Notes under the pieces: model-generated
What the model was told of the DNA's origin: nothing
Databases searched by the model: none
What the model saw: the letters and a program-made list of their open reading frames with translations, nothing else
In this document: in pieces, positions 11,979-22,929 of the stretch
Layout: each line of letters begins with the position of its first letter
How positions within the stretch are numbered: the stretch's first letter is position 1
Source: Neoechinorhynchus agilis
Lineage: Eukaryota; Animalia; Acanthocephala
Assembly: GCA_051530055.1 (NCBI GenBank)
Contig: JBMGUZ010000004.1
Span: 1 to 64,000, forward strand
Direction of reading: 5' to 3'
Length of the DNA stretch: 64,000 bases
Made by a program: the position numbers and the translations under genes

Positions 11979-12675
11979 TTGGCGCTCCTCATTGTAGATG
12001 GCGCCAATCAACAACCAACGCGTGATCAACGGCTGACAACTGCAATTACTCGTCAGCAAATGTCAGATGATCATCCAGGAAAAACACCAACTGAACCAAG
12101 GCCAAACGATCAATTACGAGAAGAACGATGTGGTTATTTTAATGTCAAGATAATATACTAAATAACGGAAGACGACTCAATGAAGTGCCACCTCTGCTCG
12201 GTAACATTTGTTGGTGGAACTCAGAAGCGGCTTCATCTGCAACATCTTCATGCACAGCATCAGGTCAAGGTTACAGTTTGGATGCGCCCGTTGTGTAATG
12301 AGTACGAACATAAAGAATCGCGCAGTGTCGGAATCCACCTACGCCGATGTAAAGCAAAGTTTCCGGATGAATTCCGAGCAGCTATAAGCCGACCGACAAA
12401 TAATCCAGTGAATACAATGGTAAGCGTCGACGCCAATATTAGCTATAATGGTTCAGATGAAATTCCTGCGAAATGTCCAGTTTGCGACTTCTCTCTCCTA
12501 GGAATCGGTCGGTACAACAGCATTGTGTCTCACGTTGAAAGTGTCCCGAAGCATCGATGATAAACTTCAGATGCTCTCTATGTGGGACATTTTTCGCAAG
12601 CCTTGCCTCTATACGGTCCCACACTAACCATTGTACGGCGCGACCTTCTTTTGACAAAGTCAATTCCTCCAACTA
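11979..12675 (+). pseudogene. Frameshifted R2 N-terminus with four zinc fingers
   Basis: CHLC..HLHAQH; (C>R)PLC..HLRRC; CPVC..SHVESV; after a frameshift CSLC..SHTNHC. Confidence 0.8.
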
Positions 12676-12688
12676 ATCTCAAGCGTTT

Positions 12689-15600
12689 ATGCCTTTGATC
12701 CAAACCAGCCAAGATCGTCAACATGGACACCTCAATACATCGCGCGAGCCGCTACAAGTAAACTCGTCATCTATAATTGGAACTCCATCGTCTCAAGTGA
12801 GCGATGTGATAGATAAAGAGGACTACCCACCCTCTGCCCGTTCACTCGCCTTGGCGGGTGGCATGGACACGGACAGTAGCTGTGAGTTAATGTCAAGCCA
12901 TAAGCAGTCAAATAGTCGGTGTGAAGGGGACACCAATAAGGCTGACTGCCCTACAGTGCCGACTGTGTTCACAGCGGCAGAAGCATATGAATGCGTAACG
13001 GAGGAGCTGAGCGGGAATAACCTCCACCCAAGATACCGAAAGTTTCTTGAGTGTGAGGGCAGTACCCTTCGTTGTTGGAACGGTCCTCTTGATGGGCAAT
13101 TCGTTGATGCGGCAGCTACCAGGTATGCCCAATACCTGCGTTGCGGATGGAGCGCAGAGTTACCCACTGTCTCCAGGGCACGAGCAATCGGTCTAAAGAT
13201 AGTAAAGCTTAGACAGGGCCCTCGCCAAGCCCTTTGCGCCGTTGCTTACCATGTGCTAGGCAACCCTTCACTGTGGAATAGAGTACTTACGAAGCTCACA
13301 GTGGAGGTCCAAAACAACTTGGAGTACTATGCGCAGGTTGCGCGAAGCGTCTTCGACGCTAATCTTCTTGTAGACTACCATCTAAGTAGTCTTCGTCAAG
13401 GCAGCGTAGTATCTCCAATGTTCGTTTTGTTCGCTGCTGCTTACTCTGTTGATTTTACGGCGCATAACCCCTGGGAGAGACAAGAGCGTCGTGTGTTCTG
13501 TCCGGGTCTTGGAACGCGGGTGTTTAACATCTGGATTCATGATTCAGGCACTTATCCTTGCGTTAGGTGTCGGGGTCCGAACCGGTTTCAAGATCGTGAG
13601 CTGAAAAGGAGGCGCAACCGTGCTTTGTATTTCGCAAATACCTCCAAACTAGCTGCGGAGGTGTTCAAGGATGCAGGGCGTAGAGAGTGTACACTGCAAG
13701 CGCAAGACACAGTGGAACACTACCGGAAACTCTTCGAAGGGGATGCTTTGTCTGACAATGCGCCTGAAAGTACTGTTGCACAAGATCAGCAAGTGTCGGA
13801 CGAGCAATGGCCGTCGATCACAACGGCTGAAGTCCAAGAGACCCTTAAAGGCATGAAGACTTCAAGCGCATCGGGACCCGACAAGATAACGATCAGAGAC
13901 GCCCGCGCATTTGATCCGCATCTTCTGGGGATGACGTTGTTATTTAACTACGTCATTCAGTACGGTAGCCCACCACAGGCATGGTTAGAGGCTAAGACAA
14001 TCCTACTGCCCAAAACAAGTACGTCGCCGCAGAAGCTGAAGATTCAGAGCGGATGGAGACCGATTACGATTTCCTCTATTCTGATGCGGGTCTCGCACCG
14101 TATTGTTCTTCGAAGACTTCAAAAAGTATGCTGTCTTGATGATGTCCAAACGGCGTTCGATCCTTCGGCCTGTCTGGCTAATCTCCTCACTCTTAGAAGT
14201 GTGTTGAGAGAAAAGAGGGCGAACAGGCAACCTCTTGCAGTTGCTGTGTTAGACATAAAAAGTGCGTTTGACACTGTCTCACACGCAGCTGTGGAGGAAG
14301 CACTTCGTAACAGCGGGAGTCCAAACTACCTGAGAAGGTACGTTATGAATTCATATCGCGGAAGCTTTACGAAGATCCGGATGGCAAGCGCAAGACCCTC
14401 GAATCCCATCGAGTTCCGCAGAGGAGTAAAGCAAGGGGACCCCTTATCCCCTCTGCTGTTCGCGCTGACAGTAGACGAGGCACTGCGGGAGGTTCGTAAC
14501 TTAGAACTTGGAGCACAGCTTAAGGGAGGTATTCGTTTGTCGCACCTTGTGTACGCAGATGATGTCCTCTTGATGGCTGATGATTGTGCGAATCTTCAAC
14601 AACAGATTGACATTTTGCAACAGAAGCTTAAGGAAAAAAGGCTCTTCTTAAGCCCAGAAAAGTGTCAAACATACACGCACAGCTATAAATATAATATGCT
14701 GACGATAGACCGAGAGTCGTGCATTCATGTCAACGGTACACGGCTTAAGGCCATCGTAGAAGGTGACCCGGTTAAGTACCTAGGTGGCACTCCTTTTAAG
14801 GAAACCACCTTAGATGAAGGCTTAAACGTCCTCGAGTCCCTTTTTGCTGCGACAAGACGCGCTCTTGTTTCACCCACACAAGCTGCGCACTTGCTTAATG
14901 ACTACGCGGTGCCGGTCCTACTGGCAAAGCTCGCTGCCAGTTGGGATATATCGTCTACCAATCTAAGGTGTCTATGCGAGCAGTGGAGATCCAAGCTTAA
15001 GTGTCTCCTCAAGCTTGCGAAGAACATCAGCGACGGCGCATTTTACCTGCCACTTTCCAGTAGTGGTCTAGGCTTCCGAAACCTAGAACACGAGGTACAA
15101 TGTACAAGGCAAAAAGCCCTAGATACAGTGGTAGATAAATTCGGAGGCGCAATAGATCTTCACAAAGAACTCAGTTCAGTTAACGACTACTTCCGCAGGC
15201 TAAGTGGCGGGCTTGGCAGCCGGAGCGAGCTTAGTGAGTCCTCTCCACATCGGCTTTTCCTAAATACACAAATAAAAAAGTGGAGAGAGGCAACGACGCA
15301 AGCGGTTGGTCTTGACTGCTTTACGGAAGGACATGTTGACCGGAGTCTCGCAACGTTCCGTTACAGACAAGGGCATCATCGCTCTTACGTGGAGCATGTT
15401 AAGTTACGGCTCCAATTGTTGGAAGTAGGTACAGTTCTGAACCGAATGGATCATCAGCGCGGTAAATCATGCAGGCATTGCAGTTTCCCGGTTGAGTCCT
15501 GTGCTCATGCCCTCAACGGATGTGAGTATGCCTCTGCAATAATGACCCGGCGTCACGACAAGGTGCAATCGCGCCTTGTTTGGACACTGACGAATAAGCC

Positions 15601-16030
15601 TGGAGCGCGATTTGAGGTTGAGCTGCAGAACCGATTTCATGATGAAAAAGGTAACCTGCATAAGCCTGACCTCATTTTGCGCGACAGAACTTCGGGCAAG
15701 GTGTACATTGCTGATGTTGCAGTGTACTATGAGACAGGACGAGACAGGGCTGAAGCCGTCATGAGTGGCAAAGCAGATAAATACCAACCCTTAGTCCCCG
15801 TAGTTGCGAAACACTATGAAATCCCGACATATAAGGTTTCCACTATCGGATTAGCTGTGGGTTCGCATGGCACCTTCAGCCCTTCTTTGTTACGCCGCCT
15901 GAAGCTCCTCTCCGTGGGTCAACGCACTGCGCTGAATATGGCAAAGACTGCGGCCGAGCAGTCGCTGGCTGTGTTCCATGTTTTCATGGGCAGACGTTGG
16001 GCCTTAAGAGATACAACGGACAACGTCTAA
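12689..16030 (+). CDS. R2 polyprotein body (OTU-like domain, reverse transcriptase, CCHC, restriction-like endonuclease), 1113 aa
   Basis: SGPDKIT, WRPITISS, LDIKSAFD, GVKQGDPLSPLLF, YADD, KYLG, CRHC..HALNGC, RRHD, KPDL..ADVAV; uninterrupted. Confidence 0.95.
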   Translation: MPLIQTSQDRQHGHLNTSREPLQVNSSSIIGTPSSQVSDVIDKEDYPPSARSLALAGGMDTDSSCELMSSHKQSNSRCEGDTNKADCPTVPTVFTAAEAYECVTEELSGNNLHPRYRKFLECEGSTLRCWNGPLDGQFVDAAATRYAQYLRCGWSAELPTVSRARAIGLKIVKLRQGPRQALCAVAYHVLGNPSLWNRVLTKLTVEVQNNLEYYAQVARSVFDANLLVDYHLSSLRQGSVVSPMFVLFAAAYSVDFTAHNPWERQERRVFCPGLGTRVFNIWIHDSGTYPCVRCRGPNRFQDRELKRRRNRALYFANTSKLAAEVFKDAGRRECTLQAQDTVEHYRKLFEGDALSDNAPESTVAQDQQVSDEQWPSITTAEVQETLKGMKTSSASGPDKITIRDARAFDPHLLGMTLLFNYVIQYGSPPQAWLEAKTILLPKTSTSPQKLKIQSGWRPITISSILMRVSHRIVLRRLQKVCCLDDVQTAFDPSACLANLLTLRSVLREKRANRQPLAVAVLDIKSAFDTVSHAAVEEALRNSGSPNYLRRYVMNSYRGSFTKIRMASARPSNPIEFRRGVKQGDPLSPLLFALTVDEALREVRNLELGAQLKGGIRLSHLVYADDVLLMADDCANLQQQIDILQQKLKEKRLFLSPEKCQTYTHSYKYNMLTIDRESCIHVNGTRLKAIVEGDPVKYLGGTPFKETTLDEGLNVLESLFAATRRALVSPTQAAHLLNDYAVPVLLAKLAASWDISSTNLRCLCEQWRSKLKCLLKLAKNISDGAFYLPLSSSGLGFRNLEHEVQCTRQKALDTVVDKFGGAIDLHKELSSVNDYFRRLSGGLGSRSELSESSPHRLFLNTQIKKWREATTQAVGLDCFTEGHVDRSLATFRYRQGHHRSYVEHVKLRLQLLEVGTVLNRMDHQRGKSCRHCSFPVESCAHALNGCEYASAIMTRRHDKVQSRLVWTLTNKPGARFEVELQNRFHDEKGNLHKPDLILRDRTSGKVYIADVAVYYETGRDRAEAVMSGKADKYQPLVPVVAKHYEIPTYKVSTIGLAVGSHGTFSPSLLRRLKLLSVGQRTALNMAKTAAEQSLAVFHVFMGRRWALRDTTDNV

Positions 16031-16131
16031 TTAACAGCCAAAGGACAAAGAGAAAAGGAAACAAACATAAGATTTTCAGTAAAAAATAATTGTCAACAAG
16101 CATGAGAGAGAATTACTAAATAAATGAAGCT

Positions 16132-16132
<1 letters not shown>

Positions 16133-16164
<32 letters not shown>

Positions 16165-16217
16165 TGCATGAATGGATTATTGAGATTCCTACTGTCCCTG
16201 TCTGCAGCCTAGCGAAA
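16133..16217 (+). rRNA. 28S rRNA: 28S fragment downstream of the R2 site
   Basis: TAGCCAAATGCCTCGTCATCTAATTAGTGACGTGCATGAATGGATT..GAGATTCCTACTGTCCC..CTAGCGAAA. Confidence 0.95.
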
Positions 16218-16350
16218 TCATCTGCCCAAGAACATCTGAATAGATCAAGCATAAACCGCATTCTGGCTCGGAAATATTAACTTGATTCACGAATTTGCAC
16301 GTTTTCTTAGGATCGGCTGATCCATGTCCAAATGTTGTTCACATGGAACC
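16218..16350 (-). rRNA. 28S rRNA: Inverted 28S fragment
   Basis: Reverse complement GGTTCCATGTGAACAACATTTGGACATGGATCAGCCGATCCTAAG matches 11685-11725. Confidence 0.88.
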
Positions 16351-19100
16351 AATTGGAGAGATTACATATTGCAAATGTAGCAGCACTTCGAATGGTGCAA
16401 AATAACCGATCCAAAGACAAAAAAAGCATGTTTGTTGTCATGGATGGGACCGAAAACTTTTCGTCAATTGACCAAGGTTGTCACTCGCGAGAAAATATCG
16501 GAGGTGGCATATGATAAGATAATAGAGATAATCGGAAAATTAGCTGGAGGATATGAGCACGAGGTAACAAGCAAGTATCGATTCGCGCAGATGAAAATAA
16601 AGTCGAACCAAAGCTACGAAGAGTGGTTGCAGGGCTGAAGGGAGCTGGCGAAGGATGTTCCTTTTTCAAAGAAGATATTCAAACCGAGGAAGACGCATTG
16701 GCAGACAGAATTCGAGATCACGTGGTGCTGAATACACCACACGAAGCGGTAGGAATATCTGCCCTACAAGAAAACCTCACCTTTGAAATTTTGCGACAAA
16801 TCACTCAGAGGTACGAGACGACTAGAAGAGCGATGGCCATCATTCCAAAGCAGGAATCAGAGCCAGAAGATAAAAATTTTAAAGTGGAGAAAGATCGAAA
16901 AAAGCGACGAAGATATAGAGTGGAAAATAATAGGGGCTGCCCGCGTTGCGGTTACGACCATGATAGAAATCAAGAATGCCGTTCAAAGGGACGCAAATGC
17001 TTTAAGTGCGGGAAAATTGGACACTTCGCTAGGAAATGTCGAATGCAGCAGGTAAAACTGATTCAAGACGAAAATTTGGAATCTAGCGATGACGAAGTAG
17101 AGATCTTCAAAGTCAGTGGAGCTGATAACAGAAAGAACGAACAGTCATGGGTGACCGTACGTTTGAATAATGTGCGAACAAAGATGCAATTCTATACGGG
17201 CGCCGATGTGAGCATTATTTCTCGATCCGTTTGGGAGGCGATTGGACAGCCGACTTTAAGACGGAGTAAAATATTGATAAGTTTCGGTGGATCGAGAATT
17301 CATAGCCTTGGAGAGTGCAGAATTAGTGTACAACTAAGATATATGAAGAGGCAGGTAAAAGCAACAGTCGCGGAAAGCGCCGATAAATATCTGTTCGGAT
17401 TACCATGGTGTCAAAAATTCGGATTGAACATGCTCCGAGGAGTATATGTGAATGCGATAAGTAACGCGACAGATGAAGAAAAGGTTCGTTGTTATTTGAG
17501 GGTACATGAAGAGGTGTTTATCAAAAAGAGAGAACCCATCAAAGATATGATTGTGAAATTACAATTAAGACGAAACGCAGGGCCGATAGTTGCACTTAGT
17601 CGCAGAATATCATATGCATTCAAAACCCAGCAAAGAGAGAAGTAGATAGACTGATCAACGAAGGAATATTAGAGCCGGTGAATGAATCTATAGGAAATGT
17701 GGAATGGGCCACTCCAATAGTGGTCATACGAAAACCAAATAACAAAGTGCGCATTTGTGGTGATTTTAAGGTAACGATAAATAGATTTTTATCCGCGGAT
17801 AGCTATCATATACCTTGTCTGGATGAGGTGGCGCGAAAATTATGTGGAGGAGAGAAGTACTCGACCTTGGACTTAACGGATGCCTATTTGCAATTAAAAG
17901 TGGACGATGAAACGAAAAAGTTGCTCACTGTCGCAACGCTATAAGGGCTGATGAGATATACGAGACTGCCTTTTGGAATTTCGGCAGCTCCCAAAATATT
18001 TCAGAGATTCATGGATGAACTCTTGAAAGACGTTCCGTTCACATGCGCCTATCTTGACGATATCATTATTACGGGAAAAAACGACGATGAGCATTTAAAA
18101 AATTTAAGTAAGGTACTGGGAAAACTGTCGGATGCAGGGGTCGGTATTAGAAAGGAGAAATGTCAATTCTTGCAACAATCAGTCAAGTACCTTGGTCATG
18201 TGTTAAAGAAGGGTCACATGTACGCTAGCGAAGAGAGAGTGGAAGATTTAAGAAGAGCATCCGAGCCGAAAAACAAGAAACAGTTGCAGACATTCTTAGG
18301 AGCTGCGAATTTTTTGGACCGATTCATTCCTGATTTTCACACCATTTGTTCTCCGCTATACGATCTCATTAAGAATCACATTCCGTGGAAATGGGAGAGG
18401 TCCAACAGAAAGGCTTTCAACAAGGTCAAGGAAGCGATATTAAATAATATTAGCTTGAAGTTATACGATCAGAGTAAACCGATAACGCTAGCATGTGATG
18501 CAAGTGATGAAGGAATTGGCGCCGCGTTGTTCCAGCAGGACAAGGCAAGTGGAAAGCAATTACCGATAATGCTAACTTTGAGAAAACTTACACCCACCGA
18601 AAAGAGATATTCAACAATCGATAAGGAGGCGTTGGCGATCGTACATGCGATAAAGCGATTTCATAATTATTTGTATGGAAGAACATTTACGCTGGAAACA
18701 GATCACCAACCCCTCAAACACATTTTCGGGGAAAAGCGTGATCTTAGTAAAATGACTAACGGCAGGTTAGTTCGTTGGGCATTACTGCTTAACGAGTACG
18801 ATTATCAAATACGCCATGTCAAAGGAAAAAGCAACTTGTATGCGGATTGTTTGTCAAGAATGCCAAATGGAACAGCGAAGATATGTGATAACACCGTGGA
18901 CATAAAGAAACTTAAAGCGGCGCAGCAACGGCACACAGAACAGTTGAATCTTTCTTGTCATGTGATTCGACAAGCAACTCGGGAAGATGGAACTCTGAGG
19001 GAGATAAAAGGATTCTTGAGGTATGGCTGGACCATGAACATCAAGGGTCAAAAGTACGAGTTCGACCGAACGATGGATAAAACTGAAGAAGGCATGGGAG
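16345..19100 (+). mobile_element. Mag-like Ty3/Gypsy gag-pol pseudogene, LTRs and integrase missing
   Basis: MLSWMGPK, zinc knuckles CPRC..C and CFKCGKIGHFARKC, protease F(D>Y)TGAD, RT YLDD, RNase H CDASD; stops and frameshifts between ORFs. Confidence 0.93.
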
Positions 19101-19912
19101 AGTGCTGCAACCCCCTACCTTCTATATCGTTACCTACTTTCGTAGGTGCCAGGGAAGTGCAGAGCCAGTTCTTGTCTATGAATCGTGCGGCACAGTCAAA
19201 AAGCAGGTGTGAAGGGGCATCTATTTTATCCGGTCGACTGTGCTTGCGGTAATCGAGGCGTATGAGAGCGTGGTGGATGAGCTAAGCAACAATAATCTGC
19301 ACCCAAGGTACAGAAGTTTTTTTGAGATTTAGAGAGATATTCTCCGCCGATCGGAAGGCTCCATTGATAAAGCAACATACGATTCCAATAATCTTCAAAG
19401 AATTACTCACGTTCATTGAGGCTCCAAGATGCCTTCACTATACCTCGCAACAAAGGTTGAAAGAAACCTTCAGCGCCAAAATCGCTCAATTCATCAGCGA
19501 ACACAACAGAACGATGCGCGGAATGTACGAGCAGCGATAAGAAACAGACGGCGATTTGCAATGTGCAAAAAGCGGAAGAAATATAGTCCGTGAAATTATT
19601 TGGCGCACGTTTAAATTTTTATCATCATTTTTTAATCGAAATAATTTGTGACAATTAGTAATGTAGTCTGCTTGCTCGAAGTCTTTAAATTAGCATGGAT
19701 TTTATTCTTTTTTAAAGGCATTCCATGAAAAATATTCATTATTGATTTAAAGTGCAGTTTTAAGTTTCTCAGAATGAAAATTTATAATCGATTTGTAAAG
19801 CTGGCAGCATATAAAATCGGTTTTCAGCCAGATGGAACGATTGGTGAAAAAGGACTTAGTTTCAAAAAAATTGCAAGCTAAACTTTGCAGCGGAGGATGG
19901 CAAATGGCTTAA
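19100..19912 (+). repeat. R2-fragment-headed dispersed repeat X
   Basis: R2-derived head (AYESVVDELSNNNLHPRYR) fused to a block shared with 21240, 29560, 43600 and 58330. Confidence 0.75.
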
Positions 19913-21230
19913 CCTGCAATAACGGCTTGATGTGGCTTGTTAAATTTTGACACTTAGTTTAAGGATTGAAGTTGATAAAAGACACCTGAATTAAATCTGT
20001 GGTGCTCGAAAGTTGTTGCAAAATGATATAACATTTTGAGCATATCTAATGCGCTGATTTCAATGGTGTTATCTAATTTTAATGAATCTTGCAAATTTAG
20101 TGATCTTTCGCTCTTGTGAATATTGACCAAATATGATAATGCAATTTCCAATGCGAATATTAAAGCTGTAGTGCACGGAATCAGTTAATTTAGTACATCT
20201 TAACGCGCTGATTCCAAATCTGTATGCGGATTTGCGATAGCCATCATGGTTTTTGAGTTATTCGTTGTTACATTTCGCGACCAACAACCTTGATTATTGA
20301 TATTAAAACATCAATAAATTTAAGATAAAATTAGCTTTTCTAGATCTACTTTTGACGCTGAATTCACCTGCAACAACGGCTTGATGTTGCTTGTAAAATT
20401 TTGACACTTAGTTTTGGGATTGAAGTTTATAAAAGACACCTGAATTAAATCTGTGGTGCTCAAAAGTTGTTACGAAATGATAAAACATTTTGAGCATATC
20501 TAATGCGCTGATTTCAATGGTGTTATCTAATTTTAATGCATCTTGCAAATTTGGTGATCTTTCACTCTTGTGAATATTGACCAAATATGATAATGCGATT
20601 CCCGATGCGAATATTACAGCTGTAGTGTACGGAATCAGTTAGTTTAGTACATCTTAACGCCCTAATTCCAAATCTGTATTCGGATTTGCGATAGCCATCA
20701 TGGTTTTTGAGTTATTCGTTGTTACATTTCGCGACCAACTACCTTGATTATTGATATTAAAACATCAATAAATTTAAGATAAAATTAACTTTTCTAGATC
20801 TACTTTTGACGCTGAATTCACCTGCAACAACGGCTTGATGTTGCTTGTAAAATTTTGACACTTAGTTTTGGGACTGAAGTTTATAAAAGACACCTGAATT
20901 AAATCTGTGGTGCTCAAAAGTTGTTACGAAATGATAAAACATTTTGAGCATATCTAATGCCCTGATTTCAAGGGTGTTATCTAATTTTAATGAATCTTGC
21001 AAATTTAGTGATCTTTCGCTCTTGTGAATATTGACCAAATATGACAATGCAATTTTCAATGCGAATATTAAAGCTGTAGTGCACGGAATCAGTTAATTTA
21101 GTACATCTTAACGCGCTGATTCCAAATCTGTATGCGGATTTGCGATAGCCGTCATGGTTTTTGAGTTATTCGTTGTTACATTTCGCGACCAACTACCTTG
21201 ATTATTGATATTAAAACATCAATAATCCAA
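19912..21230 (-). repeat. ~454-bp satellite array, ~3 units, reverse orientation
   Basis: ACCTGCAA recurs at 19912, 20366 and 20820; reverse complement of the 200-1885 family. Confidence 0.9.
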
Positions 21231-21239
21231 GATTCTAGT

Positions 21240-22400
21240 TTTCTTGAGATTTAGAGAGATATTCTCCGCCGATCGGAAGGCTCCACTAATAGGGGAAAAT
21301 ACGTTTCAAATTTTTCCAAAAAATTACTCACGATCATTAAGGCACCAAGATGCCATTACAGGCTCGCAGTTCAAAGGTTAAAACAAACCATCCGCGCCAA
21401 AATCGCTCAATTCATCAGCGAACAAAACAGAACGATGCGCGGAATGTACGAGCAGCGATAAGAAACAGACGGCGATATGCAATGTACAAAAAACGGAAGA
21501 AATGTAGTCCGTTAAATTATTTGCCGCACGTTTGAACTTTTATCATCATTTTTTAATCGAAAAATAAAAAACAACATTTCTTTGAACTTTTCTCTCAGTT
21601 GGGAGGTCGTTCTTTTCAGCAATGTTGGCTTTCGTCTTTGTTCTTCCTTCCGAGCGTCCTCAGAAAAATAGTTTGTAAAAAGAAACCATGTAGTCTGCTT
21701 TCTCGAAGTGTTTTCAAATTAAGAACGATTTTATTCGTTTTCTAGTGTTTTTAATGTTCATTATTGAATTGACGGACAGTTTTAAGTCTCTTAAAATGAA
21801 AATTTACAATCGATTTTTAAAGTTGTAGCATAAAAAATTCAATCAGATGGATTAGTTGGTTCTGTTATTAGAAACGTTAAAAACCACTGCGCTTAAAAAA
21901 AAAACATCAAAAAATTTACAACCTAACTTATCTGCGGAGAATGACAAACGGCCACCTTATCTTATAAAGGTTCACTTAATCTCGGAAAAAAGATCATAGT
22001 TAGGGCTAGACATAGCACAAAAGCAATGACGCGAGTGAGTGCTTGTAAAGTTTGTCAGTCAAGGATCTCGGAACAGGAAGAGAAGCTAACGACAGTGGTT
22101 GTTGATTAAAACTTTCAATGTTTAAATGCATTGAACATGCAGTAGTGCTAGGTATAAACTTGACGATTGCGTAATTGAACGATACAAAAGTATCCGCTAA
22201 AAAATGATGAGTATCTTTGAACGTTGTCCCATCTTGCTTGGTCGATCCATGACATGAAAAACTTGCAATAAAATTACAAAAGTTTACATAACAAAAGATT
22301 AGTTAACGAACTAACCGGCACACTTCTTAGGATCATTAAGAGTATCGGTTCCAATCCAATTGCCCGCACACCGTAACGCGGCGAAGACAAAGAAATTAAA
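21240..22400 (+). repeat. Repeat X plus extension Y, duplicate of ~58430-59640
   Basis: Colinear near-identity with 58430-59640. Confidence 0.85.
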
Positions 22401-22825
22401 TAACGGAAACAATGACGAGGTTAAATCTCATACACTTGAACAAATTACTAGTTTCCCAATGCCCGACATATTATGGCTTAGTCTGCTCGTGTCGCAAATC
22501 GAATTTATTTTATTCGTGGCAAACTCAACAACATGAGATTAGCCCTTGAAATGGAGAAGATGATATCTAAGGCCAAATTTACCGGAATCACAATTCCATT
22601 ATGGAAAGTAGAAGCATTGCTACATAAAGGAAACAGAATTAAACGCACTAACTTGCCCCAGCGACTGATCTTAGCGATGAATAATCTTAATCGAATTAAG
22701 GAGATACGTATCATGAAGTTGGACAAAGGCAGAGGTTTCTGTATTGTAGATGAAGAACATTGTGTAGATATTCATTTAGGAATTAATTATGATGGTGAAC
22801 TGAAGGAAAAAATTATGAATATATT

Positions 22826-22867
22826 AATCAGAATTTTCGACCAATGCATTTGTCTTCTTCAGTGATT
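22826..22867 (-). ncRNA. Minimal hammerhead ribozyme
   Basis: Reverse complement AATCA-CTGAAGA-A-GAC..GTC-GAAA-AT-TC/TGATT: perfect 5-bp stem I, conserved core, palindromic AATT stem III. Confidence 0.7.
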
Positions 22868-22888
22868 GTTAGTAAGTTTTACACTAAC

Positions 22889-22929
22889 TGTACTGAAGAA
22901 GACCAACGCATTGGTCGAAAATTCTGATT
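22889..22929 (+). ncRNA. Minimal hammerhead ribozyme (inverted twin)
   Basis: CTGAAGA-A-GACCAA-CGCA-TTGGTC-GAAA-ATTC; perfect stem II, weak stem I. Confidence 0.6.

Larger units (their letters stand above)
11921..16132 (+). mobile_element. Near full-length R2 retrotransposon (copy 1) at the 28S R2 site
   Basis: Flanked by AACTATGACT (to 11920) and TAGCCAAATGCC (from 16133); zinc fingers, RT and RLE in order. Confidence 0.95.

Noticed and set aside
11900-12010. Canonical HDV-like ribozyme in R2 5' UTRs
   Set aside because: A P1-like helix is present, but no P3/L3 could be placed before its 3' strand, so it is reported only as an atypical structure.
12689-16030. Bacterial group II intron, retron or DGR reverse transcriptase
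   Set aside because: CCHC plus restriction-like endonuclease and 28S target junctions define a eukaryotic R2-type element.
17640-17950. Alternative genetic code (stop reassignment)
   Set aside because: Interruptions are mostly frameshifts or sporadic stops, and the long R2 and Gypsy ORFs are open and terminate normally under the standard code.
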